A stretch of DNA of 64,000 bases from Pelagibacteraceae bacterium AG-365-D07 (GCA_003280005.1 QCGH01000006.1:1045-65044); one strand, 5' to 3'. Positions 30,509 through 42,503 are shown, numbered from the stretch's first letter. Translations and numbers: made by a program. The notes: generated from the sequence alone by a model not told the origin.

Positions 30509-31441
30509 ATGAAAAACAATCTTTCAAATATTAAAAAAGCTATAAAATATCTAAATAAAAACGAATGTGTTGGTATACCAACTGAAACTGTTTATGGCCT
30601 TGCGGCAAATGCTTATTCCTCAATTGCAACCGCCAAGATATTTAAATTAAAAAAAAGACCAAAAAAAAACCCACTTATAGTTCACTACTTTGATCTTAAA
30701 ATGCTAGAGAAGGATTGTAAGATAAATGACATTTTTTTAAGGTTGTATAAAGAGTATTCTCCAGGTCCAATTTCATATATTTTAAAAATTAAAAAAAAAA
30801 GTTTAATTTCAAAAAATGTTACGAATAATAAAAATACATTGGCAGTAAGATTTCCAAGTCATAAACTAACAAGAAATTTATTAAAACAACTAAATTATCC
30901 ATTAGCAGCACCCAGCGCGAATATTTCAACAAAAATAAGCCCTGTCTCTAAAAAAGATGTTAAAGAAGAATTTGGAAAAAAACTTAATATGATATTAGAT
31001 GGTGGTCAATCCAAGATTGGTGTAGAGTCAACAATAATAAGTTTAATTAACAAACCAAAAGTCTTAAGGCTTGGCGGCATTCCAAAACATCAAATAAAAA
31101 AATATTTAAAGTTTAATCTAGCATACCAAAAAAAATCAAAGATTAAATCACCTGGTCAAGAAAAAATTCATTATTCACCTCATATAAAACTAAGACTAAA
31201 TATAAAAAATCCAAATAAAAATGAAGCGTTTATTCTAATCAAAAAAAGAAAGAAAATGAATACAAACTACTTTTATTTATCAAAGAAAAATAATTTAAAG
31301 GAGGCTGCAAAAAATTTATATAAAACATTAAGGTTAATAAAAAATAAAAAATTTAAAAGTATTGCTGTAGAGAAAATTCCAAATAAAGGATTCGGAGAAG
31401 TAATAAACGATAGATTAAAAAGAGCATCAAATTTCAAATGA
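30509..31441 (+). CDS. L-threonylcarbamoyladenylate synthase (Sua5/TsaC)
   Basis: PTETVYGLAA, KKRP..NPLIVH, AAPSANIS, GVESTI, SPG...HYSP. Confidence 0.95.
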   Translation: MKNNLSNIKKAIKYLNKNECVGIPTETVYGLAANAYSSIATAKIFKLKKRPKKNPLIVHYFDLKMLEKDCKINDIFLRLYKEYSPGPISYILKIKKKSLISKNVTNNKNTLAVRFPSHKLTRNLLKQLNYPLAAPSANISTKISPVSKKDVKEEFGKKLNMILDGGQSKIGVESTIISLINKPKVLRLGGIPKHQIKKYLKFNLAYQKKSKIKSPGQEKIHYSPHIKLRLNIKNPNKNEAFILIKKRKKMNTNYFYLSKKNNLKEAAKNLYKTLRLIKNKKFKSIAVEKIPNKGFGEVINDRLKRASNFK

Positions 31442-32175
31442 GTTATTTAGTTCAAGTAAAAAATTTAAAGAAGAATTATTCTTCAAAAGAAGCTGTTAAA
31501 AGTATTTCTTTTAATATTAAGGAAAATGAAATTTTAGGATTGCTAGGTCCAAATGGATCTGGAAAAACTACTACAATTGGAATGCTTTTGGGACTTCTGA
31601 AACCATCTGCTGGAGAAATAAAAATAGATAATATGAACTTTGAAAAAAATAGAATAGAAATATTGAGTAAAATTAATTTTATATCTCCCTATATTGAGCT
31701 TCCAAAAAAACTTTCTGTAAAACAAAATTTAATTGTTTATGGAAAATTGTATAATATTAAAAACTTAAAAAGCAGAATAGAATATTTGACAGAAAAGCTA
31801 AGACTTGAGGAGCTTTTAAATAGAGTTACAGGTGAACTTTCATCAGGACAAAAAAATCGAGTGAGTTTAGCTAAAGCCCTAATAAATAAACCTAAAGTAT
31901 TATTTCTCGATGAACCAACTGCATCTTTAGATCCTGAAATAGGAGACTTTGTAAGAGGTTTTTTAGAAAATTATAAAATAGAAAATAAAATATCAATTCT
32001 ATTAGCTTCTCACAATATGAATGAAGTTAGCAGACTATGTAAATCAGTTTTAATGATGAAAAACGGTCTGATCGTAGATGAAGGGACTCCCAATTTTCTA
32101 ATAAATAAGCATGGGCGTAAAAATTTAGAAGAGGTTTTTCTAAAATTATCTAGGAGTGAAAATGAATTTAATTAG
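31438..32175 (+). CDS. ABC transporter ATP-binding protein
   Basis: Walker A GPNGSGKTT, LSSGQ signature, FLDEPT. Confidence 0.95.
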   Translation: MSYLVQVKNLKKNYSSKEAVKSISFNIKENEILGLLGPNGSGKTTTIGMLLGLLKPSAGEIKIDNMNFEKNRIEILSKINFISPYIELPKKLSVKQNLIVYGKLYNIKNLKSRIEYLTEKLRLEELLNRVTGELSSGQKNRVSLAKALINKPKVLFLDEPTASLDPEIGDFVRGFLENYKIENKISILLASHNMNEVSRLCKSVLMMKNGLIVDEGTPNFLINKHGRKNLEEVFLKLSRSENEFN

Positions 32176-32953
32176 AATTTACGGTCTTTTCTTAAGACAT
32201 TTTTATTTAATCACCAGATCGTTCCCAAGAATATTAGATTTAATTTATTGGCCATCAATACAAATAACATTATGGGGATTTATATCCAATTTTTTTGCTA
32301 CTTATAGTACATACTATAATAATGCTGTAGGGATAATTCTAACTTGTGCCATTCTTTATGATTTTTTGTTCAGGACAAGCATAGGGTTTAACATGCTTTT
32401 TTTAGAGGAAATATGGAGTAGAAATTTCACAAATTTATTTATTTCTCCAATGAAAATAAGTGAGATAATTACTTCTCTTATTGGCACTGCTTTGATAAGA
32501 GCTTTAATTGGTTTAGTACCTGCAATATTATTGACTTCCCCATTATTTGGAATTTCAATACTTAATTTAGGAATTAATTTATTTTTTCTTTTTTTAAGTT
32601 TATATATTTTCGGGATTACATTAGGCATACTTGTATCAGCAGGTTTACTTAGATTTGGACCATCTTTTGAAAATATTGCATGGTCTACAATGTTTCTAAT
32701 AGCACCTTTTGGGTGTATATATTATCCAGTGGAAATCTTGCCAAATGTTTTTCAAAAAATTGCTTACTGCATGCCTTTGGTTTATGTATTTGAAGAGGCT
32801 AGAAGAATATTAATTGATCAAACTGTAAATATTGAAAACATTTATTTGGCTTTTTTGCTAAATTTTATTTACTTAATTGTTGCGATAGGATTATTTTATT
32901 ACTCTTTTAATGAAGCTAGGAAAAAAGGAACATTAATTAATATAGGTGAGTGA
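32156..32953 (+). CDS. ABC-2 type transporter permease
   Basis: About 6 TM segments, YYPVEILP motif, coupled to the ATPase. Confidence 0.9.
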   Translation: MKMNLIRIYGLFLRHFYLITRSFPRILDLIYWPSIQITLWGFISNFFATYSTYYNNAVGIILTCAILYDFLFRTSIGFNMLFLEEIWSRNFTNLFISPMKISEIITSLIGTALIRALIGLVPAILLTSPLFGISILNLGINLFFLFLSLYIFGITLGILVSAGLLRFGPSFENIAWSTMFLIAPFGCIYYPVEILPNVFQKIAYCMPLVYVFEEARRILIDQTVNIENIYLAFLLNFIYLIVAIGLFYYSFNEARKKGTLINIGE

Positions 32954-33030
32954 TGGCGCGCCCGCAAGGAGTCGAACCCTGAACCTCCAGAGCCGAAATC
33001 TGGCGCTCTATCCAGTTGAGCTACGAGCGC
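32954..33030 (-). tRNA. tRNA-Arg(TCG)
   Basis: Reverse complement GCGCTCGTAGCTCAACTGGATAGAGCG-CCAGA-TTTCGGC-TCTGG-AGGTTCAGGGTTCGACTCCTTGCGGGCGCGCCA. Confidence 0.95.
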
Positions 33031-33053
33031 ATTATGTATTAGTATTATAATAT

Positions 33054-34031
33054 ATGAAAAATATCATTAATTTAATTGTTAAGCAAAATTCAGATAAAAA
33101 AAGGATTGATGCATTCATTTTTGATAAATGTACTGAACTTAGTAGAAATAGAATCAAGAATTTAATTTTAGATAAAAAACTTAAAATTAATGGAAAAATT
33201 AATGAATTGCCCTCTAAAAATATAAGGCTGGGAGACAAGATTACTTTAGAAGTCCCTGAGCCAAAGCAAACTTCATTAAAACCTTTTAATTTTGCGTTAG
33301 ACATTATTTATCAAGATGATGATTTAATTGTTATAAACAAACCAGCTGGAATATCAATGCATCCAGGACCAGGCAATTACGACAATACAGTTGTAAATGC
33401 TTTGATGAATTATGATAAAATTAAATTATCAAGTATTGGAGATGAGCTAAGACCTGGAATAATTCATAGAATTGATAAAGATACATCTGGTCTAGTGGTA
33501 GTGGCAAAAAATAATTTTAGTCATGAAAAAATTTCAAAACAATTCAGTGATCATTCAATTGAAAGAGTCTATAACGCTTTGGTATGGGGTAAATTAAGAC
33601 CACAAACTGGAATTATTGAAACATTAATAACTAGAAGCCCAAGAAATAGACAATTAATGGATGTTAGTTTTGTAAAAGGGAAAAATGCAATAACAAAATA
33701 TAAAACGTTAAAAGTTTTTGAAGGGAAAAACTGTCCTACACTAAGCTTAATAGAGTGTAAACTAAAAACAGGAAGAACACATCAGATAAGGGTGCATATG
33801 AACTTTAAAGGCAATCAGATTGTTGGCGATAAAAAATACAAAAAAAAATATAAAAAGTTAAAAAGTGTTGATGATGAATTAAATAAAAAAATAATAAAAT
33901 TAGATAGGCAATTTTTACATGCTAAGGTTTTGGGATTTAAACACCCAAAAACTGGAAAAAAGCTTTTTTTTGAATCAAATTTACCAGATGATTTAAATAA
34001 ATTAATTAATGTGCTCGAAAAATCTCACTAA
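33054..34031 (+). CDS. rluD: 23S rRNA pseudouridine synthase, RluA/RluD family
   Basis: S4 domain, NKPAG, HRIDKDTSG, TGRTHQIRVH; upstream of rpoH. Confidence 0.92.
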   Translation: MKNIINLIVKQNSDKKRIDAFIFDKCTELSRNRIKNLILDKKLKINGKINELPSKNIRLGDKITLEVPEPKQTSLKPFNFALDIIYQDDDLIVINKPAGISMHPGPGNYDNTVVNALMNYDKIKLSSIGDELRPGIIHRIDKDTSGLVVVAKNNFSHEKISKQFSDHSIERVYNALVWGKLRPQTGIIETLITRSPRNRQLMDVSFVKGKNAITKYKTLKVFEGKNCPTLSLIECKLKTGRTHQIRVHMNFKGNQIVGDKKYKKKYKKLKSVDDELNKKIIKLDRQFLHAKVLGFKHPKTGKKLFFESNLPDDLNKLINVLEKSH

Positions 34032-34079
34032 TTTGATGTTGTAAAAAAAAAAATGTTTATTAAATAAACTATAATAATT

Positions 34080-34973
34080 ATGAATAGTGCTAAAACATAC
34101 AATTTACCGATCCTTGCCAATGAAGGTGGATTAGGAGCATATCTTGCTCAAATAAAAAAGTTTCCTATGCTCGATGCGGAGGAAGAATATATGTTAGCCA
34201 AAAACTGGAAGAATACCGGAAATGTAAAATCAGCAGAAAAACTTGTTACTAGCCACTTACGATTAGTTGCTAAAATTGCAATGGGATATAAAGGTTACGG
34301 CTTGCCACTTAATGAAATGATATCAGAGGGAAACGTAGGATTGATGCAAGCGGTCAAAAAATTTGAACCAGATAAAGGTTTTAGATTGGCAACATATGCT
34401 ATGTGGTGGATTAAAGCTGCGATCCAAGAATATATATTACGTTCTTGGAGTTTAGTTAAAATAGGCACAACAACTGCCCAAAAGAAATTATTTTTCAATT
34501 TAAAAAAAATTAAAAGCCAAATTGCTCCTGATACAGAGGGTGACTTACGAAATGAAGATGTAAAAAATATTGCAGAAAGACTTGATGTTAGTGAGGCTGA
34601 AGTAGTATCAATGAACAGAAGAATGGCAGGTAAAGAACATTCACTAAACGCACCTATTGGTGAAGATGGCGATCAATGGCAAGACTGGGTAGTAGATCAA
34701 AGCATGGATCAAGAGCTTAAGATTGCTCAACAAGAAGAGATGGAGCAAAGAAAAGATTTATTATCTGACTCAATAAAAATTTTAAATGATCGTGAAAAAG
34801 AAATTTTATATTCTAGAAGATTAACAGATAACCCAAGTACTTTGGAAGAATTAAGTAAAAAATTTAAAATAAGCAGAGAAAGAATAAGACAAATTGAAAA
34901 TAAAGCTTTTGAAAAATTACAAAAGCATATGTTAAATTCAGCAAAATCTAAAAATTTACTACCAGCTAATTAA
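34080..34973 (+). CDS. rpoH: RNA polymerase sigma-32 factor
   Basis: RpoH box [10 protein letters not shown]; [15 protein letters not shown]. Confidence 0.97.
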   Translation: MNSAKTYNLPILANEGGLGAYLAQIKKFPMLDAEEEYMLAKNWKNTGNVKSAEKLVTSHLRLVAKIAMGYKGYGLPLNEMISEGNVGLMQAVKKFEPDKGFRLATYAMWWIKAAIQEYILRSWSLVKIGTTTAQKKLFFNLKKIKSQIAPDTEGDLRNEDVKNIAERLDVSEAEVVSMNRRMAGKEHSLNAPIGEDGDQWQDWVVDQSMDQELKIAQQEEMEQRKDLLSDSIKILNDREKEILYSRRLTDNPSTLEELSKKFKISRERIRQIENKAFEKLQKHMLNSAKSKNLLPAN

Positions 34974-36262
34974 GATTTAAAGGGATCTAGGATAAGTATT
35001 GTGTCTTTTCTTTCAGGACTTGTAGAAATAGTCGATATTTTTGCTTCTATAAATTCTTCAATAAAATTTATATAATGTTGTGCTTCTTTAGGTAGTTCAG
35101 AAAATTCTTTTATTCCACATGTTGAAGATTTCCAGCCTTTAAATGATTTATAAATTGGTTTCACCTCAAATTGTTTTTCAGAAGATGCTGGCAAATAATC
35201 TATTTTTTTTCCATTTAAATCATATTCAACACAAATTTTTATCTCATCAAATTCGTCTAAAACATCTAATTTAGTTAAAGCTATTCCATTAATACCAGAA
35301 GTTTTAATAGTCTGTTTTACAAGAACACCATCAAACCACCCGCATCTTCTTTTTCTACTGGTAACTGTTCCAAATTCTTTGCCTCTTTCCCCAAGTCTTT
35401 CACCAATGTCATTTTTAAGTTCTGTTGGAAATGGGCCCTCTCCCACTCTAGTGGTATATGCTTTAGTTATTCCTAGTATATAATTTATTGTATTTATTCC
35501 ACATCCTGAGCCAGTTGCTGCAGAAGATGCAACTGTATTAGACGAGGTAACAAATGGATAAGTTCCATGATCAACATCAAGCAAAATTCCTTGTGCACCT
35601 TCAAATAAAATTTTTTTATTTAATTTTTTAAATTCCTCTATTTTTTTCCATATTGGTTTACTATATTTTAATATTTTTGGAGCAATTTTTAAAAGATCCT
35701 CTTTTAATTTATACTTATCATATTCCTTTTTACCCATACCTCTCCTTAAAGAATTATGATGTTCAAGAAGAATTGTTAATTTAGTATCCAAATTTTCCTC
35801 TGAAGATAAATCAACTAATCTTATAGATCTTCTACCCACTTTATCTTCATACGCAGGTCCAATTCCTCTTCTAGTTGTCCCTATTTTTGTATTTTTAGTA
35901 TTATCTTCTCTAAAAGAGTCCAGTTCGCTATGTATTGGTAAAATCAAGGTTGCGGCCTCGGATAAATACAAATTTTCTTCATTTACCTCTACACCTTGTT
36001 TTTTTATATCTTCAATTTCTTCTAAAAGTGCCCATGGGTTAACTACTACTCCATTACCAATTATTGATATTTTATTTTTTCTTACTATTCCAGAGGGCAG
36101 AAGCCTTAATTTGTATGTTTTGCCATCAATTACTAAAGTGTGTCCGGCATTATGACCACCTTGAAATCTAATAACTACATCAGCTTCGCTTGAAAGCCAG
36201 TCTACTATTTTTCCTTTACCTTCATCTCCCCACTGCGATCCAACTACTACTACATTTTTCAT
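34970..36262 (-). CDS. purA: adenylosuccinate synthase
   Basis: [26 protein letters not shown]. Confidence 0.98.
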   Translation of the reverse strand: MKNVVVVGSQWGDEGKGKIVDWLSSEADVVIRFQGGHNAGHTLVIDGKTYKLRLLPSGIVRKNKISIIGNGVVVNPWALLEEIEDIKKQGVEVNEENLYLSEAATLILPIHSELDSFREDNTKNTKIGTTRRGIGPAYEDKVGRRSIRLVDLSSEENLDTKLTILLEHHNSLRRGMGKKEYDKYKLKEDLLKIAPKILKYSKPIWKKIEEFKKLNKKILFEGAQGILLDVDHGTYPFVTSSNTVASSAATGSGCGINTINYILGITKAYTTRVGEGPFPTELKNDIGERLGERGKEFGTVTSRKRRCGWFDGVLVKQTIKTSGINGIALTKLDVLDEFDEIKICVEYDLNGKKIDYLPASSEKQFEVKPIYKSFKGWKSSTCGIKEFSELPKEAQHYINFIEEFIEAKISTISTSPERKDTILILDPFKS

Positions 36263-37071
36263 CTAAATTTTTTTTTTATATTAACTGCATTAAGATGGTT
36301 AATTGGCCCATGTCCTTTTCCATATTTTGGTGCATACTTAATTGCTTGGTTTACATATTTAATTGCAATTTCACAAGATCTCTTTAATGATTTTCCACAT
36401 GAATAATACGTAGCAATTGCTGAGGATAATGTACAACCTGTTCCATGAGTATGGTTTGAAATTATTTTTCTATTTTTAAAAATAATAGTTTTATTTTTCT
36501 CTAAAAGAATATCGTAAGTAATTTTGGATTTAAGATGCCCACCTTTAATCAAAACATTCTTAGCTCCAATTTTTAGTAACTTTTTTCCAGCAATAATCAT
36601 ATCCTCTTTAGAATTTATTTGGTGATTTGCCAAAATCTCTGCTTCAGGAATGTTTGGTGTGATTAGAGTTGCTTTTTTCATAAGTTTTTTTTTTAAAATA
36701 TTTATTGCATTTTTGTTGATTAGCCTTTCTCCTCCTTTGGCAACCATAACTGGATCTAATATAATTTTATTTACTTTTATTTTTAATATAGATTTTAAAA
36801 CCGCATTTATGACTTTTGTATTTGCTAACATTCCAATTTTTATTGTATCCGGTCTTATATCTTTTGAACTAAATTCAATCTGTTTAGAAATAGCCGTGGG
36901 AGAAACATTAAATATTGACTCAACTCCAGTGGTATTTTGAACTGTTACCGCAGTTACGGCAGTCATAGCGTAAGATCCCAAAGAACTTACTGTTTTTATA
37001 TCTGCCTGTATGCCAGCACCTCCAGATGAATCTGAGCCGGCAATAATCAATACTTTAGATTTAATTTTCAA
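36259..37071 (-). CDS. thiD: hydroxymethylpyrimidine/phosphomethylpyrimidine kinase
   Basis: [37 protein letters not shown]. Confidence 0.96.
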   Translation of the reverse strand: MKIKSKVLIIAGSDSSGGAGIQADIKTVSSLGSYAMTAVTAVTVQNTTGVESIFNVSPTAISKQIEFSSKDIRPDTIKIGMLANTKVINAVLKSILKIKVNKIILDPVMVAKGGERLINKNAINILKKKLMKKATLITPNIPEAEILANHQINSKEDMIIAGKKLLKIGAKNVLIKGGHLKSKITYDILLEKNKTIIFKNRKIISNHTHGTGCTLSSAIATYYSCGKSLKRSCEIAIKYVNQAIKYAPKYGKGHGPINHLNAVNIKKKFR

Positions 37072-37072
37072 T

Positions 37073-38404
37073 TTAATTTATAGATCGTTTTACAAGATTA
37101 ATACATTTCATCATTAACTTTTTATCATTAGACTCACACATAATTCTTATTTTAGGCTCTGTACCCGAGGCTCTTACCAAAATTCTTCCCTTGTTCATTA
37201 AAAGTTTTTTTGCATTAATAATGGAATTTTTACATTTCAATGAATTTATAACTAACTTATCTTTTACATTAATATTCACAAGTTTTTGGGGTATTTGTTT
37301 AAAATTGTTTAGTAACTCACTAGCTTTCTTTCCTTTGCTCATTGAATAAAGTATTTCTAAAGCAACAAGAATTCCATCGCCTGTTGTTGCAAAATTTCCA
37401 AGAATTATATGACCTGATTGCTCGCCACCTAGGTTGCATCTATTTTTTTTCATAGCCTCTTTAACATATCTATCTCCCACATCTGTTCTGATAAACTTTA
37501 TTTTTTTTTCTTTGAAAAATTTTTCAAGTCCATAGTTTGACATAAATGTTCCCACTACCCCTCCTTTTAAAATTTTTTTTTTTTTCCATCGCAAAGCAAT
37601 CATTGCCATAATCTGATCTCCATCAATTATTTTTCCTTTTTCATCACAAATTATAATTCTATCTGCATCTCCGTCTAAAGAAATTCCAAGGTGAACTTTT
37701 TTTTGATTTGAAAAGGATTTAATTGTATTTGGAAAGGTTGATCCACAATTTAAATTGATGTTTAAGCCATTTGGGGAAGTTCCAATTTGATAAACTTTAG
37801 CACCTAATGATTTGAGTATTTTTGGACCAGACTTATAACCGGCTCCATTTGCACAATCTATAGCTATCTTAAGACCTTTTAACGAAAATTTTTTTGGGAA
37901 TTTACTTTTTAAAATATTTATATAATTGTCATTTGCATCCTCTAATCTCTTTACTCTCCCCAATACACTTGGTGCGGTTAAGTTTTTTGAAATTTTAGTG
38001 TCGATTAACTTTTCAATTTTTTTTTCGATTCTATCAGAAAGTTTTAACCCATCGGGGCCAAAAAGTTTTAGTCCATTATCGTAAAAGGGGTTGTGAGATG
38101 CGGTAATCATTATTCCTAAATTTGCATTCATTTTTTTGGTAAGCATAGCTAGACCATTCGTTGGCAATGGACCAAGTGTAAAAACATGCATTCCCGCTGA
38201 TGCTAATCCTGATACAATAGCGGGTTCCAAGGTATATCCGGACAACCTTGTGTCTTTAGCTATAATTGCAGTTTGTTTTTTTTTCTTCAAATTTCTAAAG
38301 TAAGTACCAGCAGCTAGGCCAAACTTAAAAAACATATCACCATTAATTTTGTTTCGATTTACAGTTCCTCTTATACCATCTGTTCCAAAATATCTTTTAC
38401 TCAT
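37073..38404 (-). CDS. glmM: phosphoglucosamine mutase
   Basis: FGTDGIRG, TASHNP, DGDADR, GGEQSGH. Confidence 0.97.
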   Translation of the reverse strand: MSKRYFGTDGIRGTVNRNKINGDMFFKFGLAAGTYFRNLKKKKQTAIIAKDTRLSGYTLEPAIVSGLASAGMHVFTLGPLPTNGLAMLTKKMNANLGIMITASHNPFYDNGLKLFGPDGLKLSDRIEKKIEKLIDTKISKNLTAPSVLGRVKRLEDANDNYINILKSKFPKKFSLKGLKIAIDCANGAGYKSGPKILKSLGAKVYQIGTSPNGLNINLNCGSTFPNTIKSFSNQKKVHLGISLDGDADRIIICDEKGKIIDGDQIMAMIALRWKKKKILKGGVVGTFMSNYGLEKFFKEKKIKFIRTDVGDRYVKEAMKKNRCNLGGEQSGHIILGNFATTGDGILVALEILYSMSKGKKASELLNNFKQIPQKLVNINVKDKLVINSLKCKNSIINAKKLLMNKGRILVRASGTEPKIRIMCESNDKKLMMKCINLVKRSIN

Positions 38405-39456
38405 TTGTTAAAAATAATTTTACTAAAAACTTTTATTGACTGTTTAATTTCATTTACATCATGTACTCTCAATATTTGTACTCCTTGCATGAGTGAGTGA
38501 ATACTTGATGAAGCTGTTCCCCCAGCTCTATACTTACTATCGTTAGTGCCCGCTATATCTTTTATAAATTTTTTTTTTGATATACCTAACATTACAGGAA
38601 ATCCTAGTGAGTGAAAAATGGATATTTGATTTAATAAAGTAATATTATGTTTCAAATTTTTACCAAAACCAATCCCGGGATCTAAAATTATATTATTATG
38701 ATTAATTTTATTTGCCCTTATGGATTTTAATTTTTTTTCAAAAAAATCATATATGTCTAAAGTAACATTTTTGTATTTAGGATTTTTTTGCATCGTTTTT
38801 GGTGTTCCTTGCATATGATGTAAAACAAAAGGAATTTTACTTTTTTTTAATATACTTATCATTTTATCATCGAAATTTAATCCTGAAACATCGTTGAGCA
38901 TATTAACTTTTAAAGGTAAAGAATTTTTTAAAACTAAACTTTTTCTGGTATCTAAGGAAACAAAGATACCATTTTTTTTTGCATATTTTATTTTAGATTT
39001 AACTCTATTCCACTCAATATTATCATCTATTGTATTTGAATTTGGTCGCGTTGACTCTCCTCCAATATCGATAATTTCAGCTCCTTCTTTTTTTAATTTA
39101 TTTATTTGTCTATTAGCAGATTTTGATTTTAAATACTTTCCTCCATCTGAAAAACTATCCGGTGTTACATTTAATATACCCATTAATAATGGAAAGGGCT
39201 TAAATTTTATTTTTTTTATTTTTTTTATTTTAGTAATTTCTTTTAAATCTTTTAGAATTTTTTTTTTTACATTAGATCGGAGTGATTTAATATTTTTTAT
39301 TTTAATTAATCTCTTTTTTTTTCTAGTAATCAATTCAATTGAATCAAATGAAATTAATTTGTTTCCGTTTAGCGGGAGGCTTTTTTTTTTATTTATTTTA
39401 TCTTTAGAAATCTGGCCATAATAAAAATTACACGCTCGTGTGTAATATTTTACCAT
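38401..39456 (-). CDS. folP: dihydropteroate synthase with N-terminal extension
   Basis: MGILNVTPDSFSDGG, DIGGESTRP, DPGIGFGK, RVHDV. Confidence 0.96.
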   Translation of the reverse strand: MVKYYTRACNFYYGQISKDKINKKKSLPLNGNKLISFDSIELITRKKKRLIKIKNIKSLRSNVKKKILKDLKEITKIKKIKKIKFKPFPLLMGILNVTPDSFSDGGKYLKSKSANRQINKLKKEGAEIIDIGGESTRPNSNTIDDNIEWNRVKSKIKYAKKNGIFVSLDTRKSLVLKNSLPLKVNMLNDVSGLNFDDKMISILKKSKIPFVLHHMQGTPKTMQKNPKYKNVTLDIYDFFEKKLKSIRANKINHNNIILDPGIGFGKNLKHNITLLNQISIFHSLGFPVMLGISKKKFIKDIAGTNDSKYRAGGTASSSIHSLMQGVQILRVHDVNEIKQSIKVFSKIIFNK

Positions 39457-39460
39457 TTAT

Positions 39461-41368
39461 TTAATGAACAATTTTTGGTTTTAGTCCAATAGATCCAAGG
39501 GCTGAGTCTTTATTTTCATCATCTTTTGCAAGATCTTGCTTAGTCTCAGGATATTTGTTTTTATTAATGATATCTTCTATTTCTTCACCAGTTAAAGTTT
39601 CGTATGTTAAAAGTGCTTTTGCAATTTTATGTAGATCGTCAATTTTATCTGTTAGTATTTTTTTAGCATGATTATATCCTTCATCTACTAATTTCCTGAT
39701 CTCTTTATCAATTTTTTGAGCTACAGCCTCAGATACACTTTGTGTTTGAGTAACAGATCTTCCCAAAAATACTTCTTCTTGGTTTTCTCCGTATTCAACT
39801 GGTCCCATTTCTTCACTCATACCATATTTTGTAACCATTGCTCTTGCTAGCTGAGTAGCTTGATTTATATCTGAACCATTTCCTCCACCCGCTCCTGTTG
39901 TAATATTATCTTTTCCAAATATTAATTCTTCAGCAACTCTTCCACCAAAACAAACAGCCAATCTAGCTTTAAGATATTTAATTGAATATCCGTGTTTATC
40001 TCTCTCAGGTAAATTCATAACCATTCCTAATGCCCTACCTCTTGGTATTATAGTTGCTTTATGTATCGGATCATAATGAGGTAACATGTTGTATGATACT
40101 AAAGCATGTCCACCTTCATGATAAGCTGTTAGTTTCTTTTCATCCTCTGTCATAACCATTGATCTTCTCTCAGCTCCCATCATTACTTTGTCTTTAGCAT
40201 CTTCAAATTCTTGATAAGTAACAATTCTTTTATTTTTTCTCGCAGCTAATAATGCTGCTTCATTTACTAAATTTGCTAGATCTGCACCTGAAAATCCTGG
40301 TGTGCCTCTTGCTACAGTTCTCAAATTTACATCAGGAGACATATTGATCTTTTTAGCATGAACTTTTAGTATTTTTTCTCTTCCAATTATATCAGGGTTT
40401 GAGACAACTACTTGTCTATCAAACCTTCCTGGTCTTAACAGAGCCGGGTCGAGAACATCCGGTCTATTAGTTGCTGCTATTATTATAACCCCTTCATTGG
40501 TATCAAAACCATCCATCTCAACTAAAAGCTGGTTTAATGTTTGTTCTCTCTCATCGTTGCCTCCACCAAGGCCCGCACCTCTACTTCTGCCAACTGCGTC
40601 TATTTCATCTATAAAAATAATACATGGAGAATGTTTTTTTCCTTGTTCAAACATATCTCTAACTCTTGATGCTCCTACTCCGACAAACATTTCAACAAAG
40701 TCTGAACCAGAAATTGTAAAGAATGGAACGCCCGCTTCGCCAGCAATAGCTCTTGCTAGTAAAGTTTTGCCTGTACCCGGAGGTCCAACTAATAAACATC
40801 CTCTTGGAATTTTTCCTCCAAGTCTACTAAATTTTCTTGGGTCTTTTAAGAATTCAACAACTTCTTCCACTTCTTCTTTTGCTTCTTCAACTCCCGCAAC
40901 ATCCTTAAATGTAACTTTTCCTTTAAGTTCATTCATTAACTTTGCTTTAGATCTGCCAAAGCCCATTGCTCCACCTTTTCCTCCTTGCATCTGTCTCATA
41001 AAGAAAATCCAAACCGCAATTAAAAGGAGCATTGGAAACCAAGATAAAAGTACACCTAGAAGAGATGGCATTTTTTCCTCTAATGGAGAAGCTGAAATAC
41101 TTACTCCCTTGTCAGATAATTTTTCAATCAAATTTGGATCATTTGGTACGTAAGTGGAAAATTTTTGCCCATTTGAAAAAATACCATTTACATTATTTCC
41201 CTGAATCTCTACCTGAACTACTCGGCCATTTTCTACCTCGGATAAAAATTCTGAAAATATAATATTATTTTTTTGATTAAATGATCCTTGTGGATTTTTA
41301 AACATATTATATAGCCCTATAGTTAATAGGACTATTATTGCCCACATCGCTAGATTTTTTAAATTCAT
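39461..41368 (-). CDS. ftsH: ATP-dependent zinc metalloprotease
   Basis: [19 protein letters not shown] region, HEGGH zinc motif. Confidence 0.98.
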   Translation of the reverse strand: MNLKNLAMWAIIVLLTIGLYNMFKNPQGSFNQKNNIIFSEFLSEVENGRVVQVEIQGNNVNGIFSNGQKFSTYVPNDPNLIEKLSDKGVSISASPLEEKMPSLLGVLLSWFPMLLLIAVWIFFMRQMQGGKGGAMGFGRSKAKLMNELKGKVTFKDVAGVEEAKEEVEEVVEFLKDPRKFSRLGGKIPRGCLLVGPPGTGKTLLARAIAGEAGVPFFTISGSDFVEMFVGVGASRVRDMFEQGKKHSPCIIFIDEIDAVGRSRGAGLGGGNDEREQTLNQLLVEMDGFDTNEGVIIIAATNRPDVLDPALLRPGRFDRQVVVSNPDIIGREKILKVHAKKINMSPDVNLRTVARGTPGFSGADLANLVNEAALLAARKNKRIVTYQEFEDAKDKVMMGAERRSMVMTEDEKKLTAYHEGGHALVSYNMLPHYDPIHKATIIPRGRALGMVMNLPERDKHGYSIKYLKARLAVCFGGRVAEELIFGKDNITTGAGGGNGSDINQATQLARAMVTKYGMSEEMGPVEYGENQEEVFLGRSVTQTQSVSEAVAQKIDKEIRKLVDEGYNHAKKILTDKIDDLHKIAKALLTYETLTGEEIEDIINKNKYPETKQDLAKDDENKDSALGSIGLKPKIVH

Positions 41369-41431
41369 AAATAAATATATAACCTAATTAAGAATTATTA
41401 TAAATTAAACAAGTGTTAAATTGTGGCAAAT

Positions 41432-42503
41432 TTAACGTTTTTTTGTTTTTTCTTTACTAACTACCACAGAATTATGTATTTTTTCGATAATTGTGCCACC
41501 TAATGTCGCTTTAAATTGATCCTTATTTCTAAATTCTTTAAGAAGGTAAATTATTTTTTTACCTCTGGGAGGATAGTCCTTTTTGTTTATTCTTTTAATC
41601 AATTTTGACAAAGATCTAAAAACTACTTCATCTGGAAGTGAAAAAAATTTAGATGCTATCAAAAGTTTATTTCTATGGAATACGACATTTTTAGAAATAT
41701 TATTATCTACTATTTCATTAATTGCATTGTTAGAAGATGCAAGATTCTTTAGTGTTAAGTTTAATTTATCGAAATCTAACCCTTGTATTTCTAGATTTGA
41801 AATTAATTTTCTTAATCTAACTCTTTGAAATTTGTTCATTTCATTAGATGGATCATCAACATAAAAATTAAAAATATTTTTAGCTATATAAATTAAATGT
41901 TTTTTTTTAATATTTAGCAGAGGTCTTGCTACAGTAACTAAACTGTTATTAAAAATAAAAATTTTTTTTGGATCTACAAAAGATGAAAGGCCTTCGGTAC
42001 CTGATCCTCTTAATAATCTGATAAAAAATGTTTCATATATATCATTTTGATGATGCCCGGTTAGTATAGTTTTAATATTTAATTTTTTACACTCCTTAAA
42101 TAAAATTTCATATCTTTTTTGTCTTGCTATACTTTGTATATTTGAAGAAGGTTTTTTTTCCTTTCCACCTAAGGATTTTTAAATTGATTTTTTTATCTTT
42201 AAGTTGATTTTTGACTTCTTTAGCTTCTTCATCTGAACCTTTCCTAAGACCATGATCAACAATATAAAAAAAAGGTTTGATTTTGTTATTATTTTTAGAT
42301 TTATAACAACAAATAAGAAAACATAGGGCCATACTATCAGGTCCACCAGAAACTGATACGGCAACCTTATTTTGAATATTTAATTTTTTAAAGTTTTTTT
42401 CAAAATTGTTATAAATTCTTAATATTTTTTTATTTTTAAGACTTGTTTTAAAATTCAAATTATTAGGTATTATTTTTTTTGCACTCAAACTTTTTTTCTT
42501 CAT
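41432..42503 (-). pseudogene. tilS: tRNA(Ile)-lysidine synthase, frameshifted by one extra base in an A8 run (probably an intact gene with a sequencing error)
   Basis: The N-half has SGGPDS and DHGLR. Removing one T from 42152-42159 joins it to PSSNIQSIARQKRY...GHHQND...RGSG...RPLL...DPSN and on to the stop at 41432. Confidence 0.88.

Noticed and set aside
34043-34053. A11 tract upstream of rpoH, and long T runs near 9654 and 24597, as phase-variation sites
   Set aside because: Long A/T runs are common throughout this AT-rich window, and the coding ones stay in frame as poly-Lys
40497-41153. 218-aa antisense ORF in ftsH, and similar shadow ORFs in folP, ppdK, pntA, aroC and others
   Set aside because: Antisense or alternate-frame shadows of well-supported genes, with no recognisable motifs
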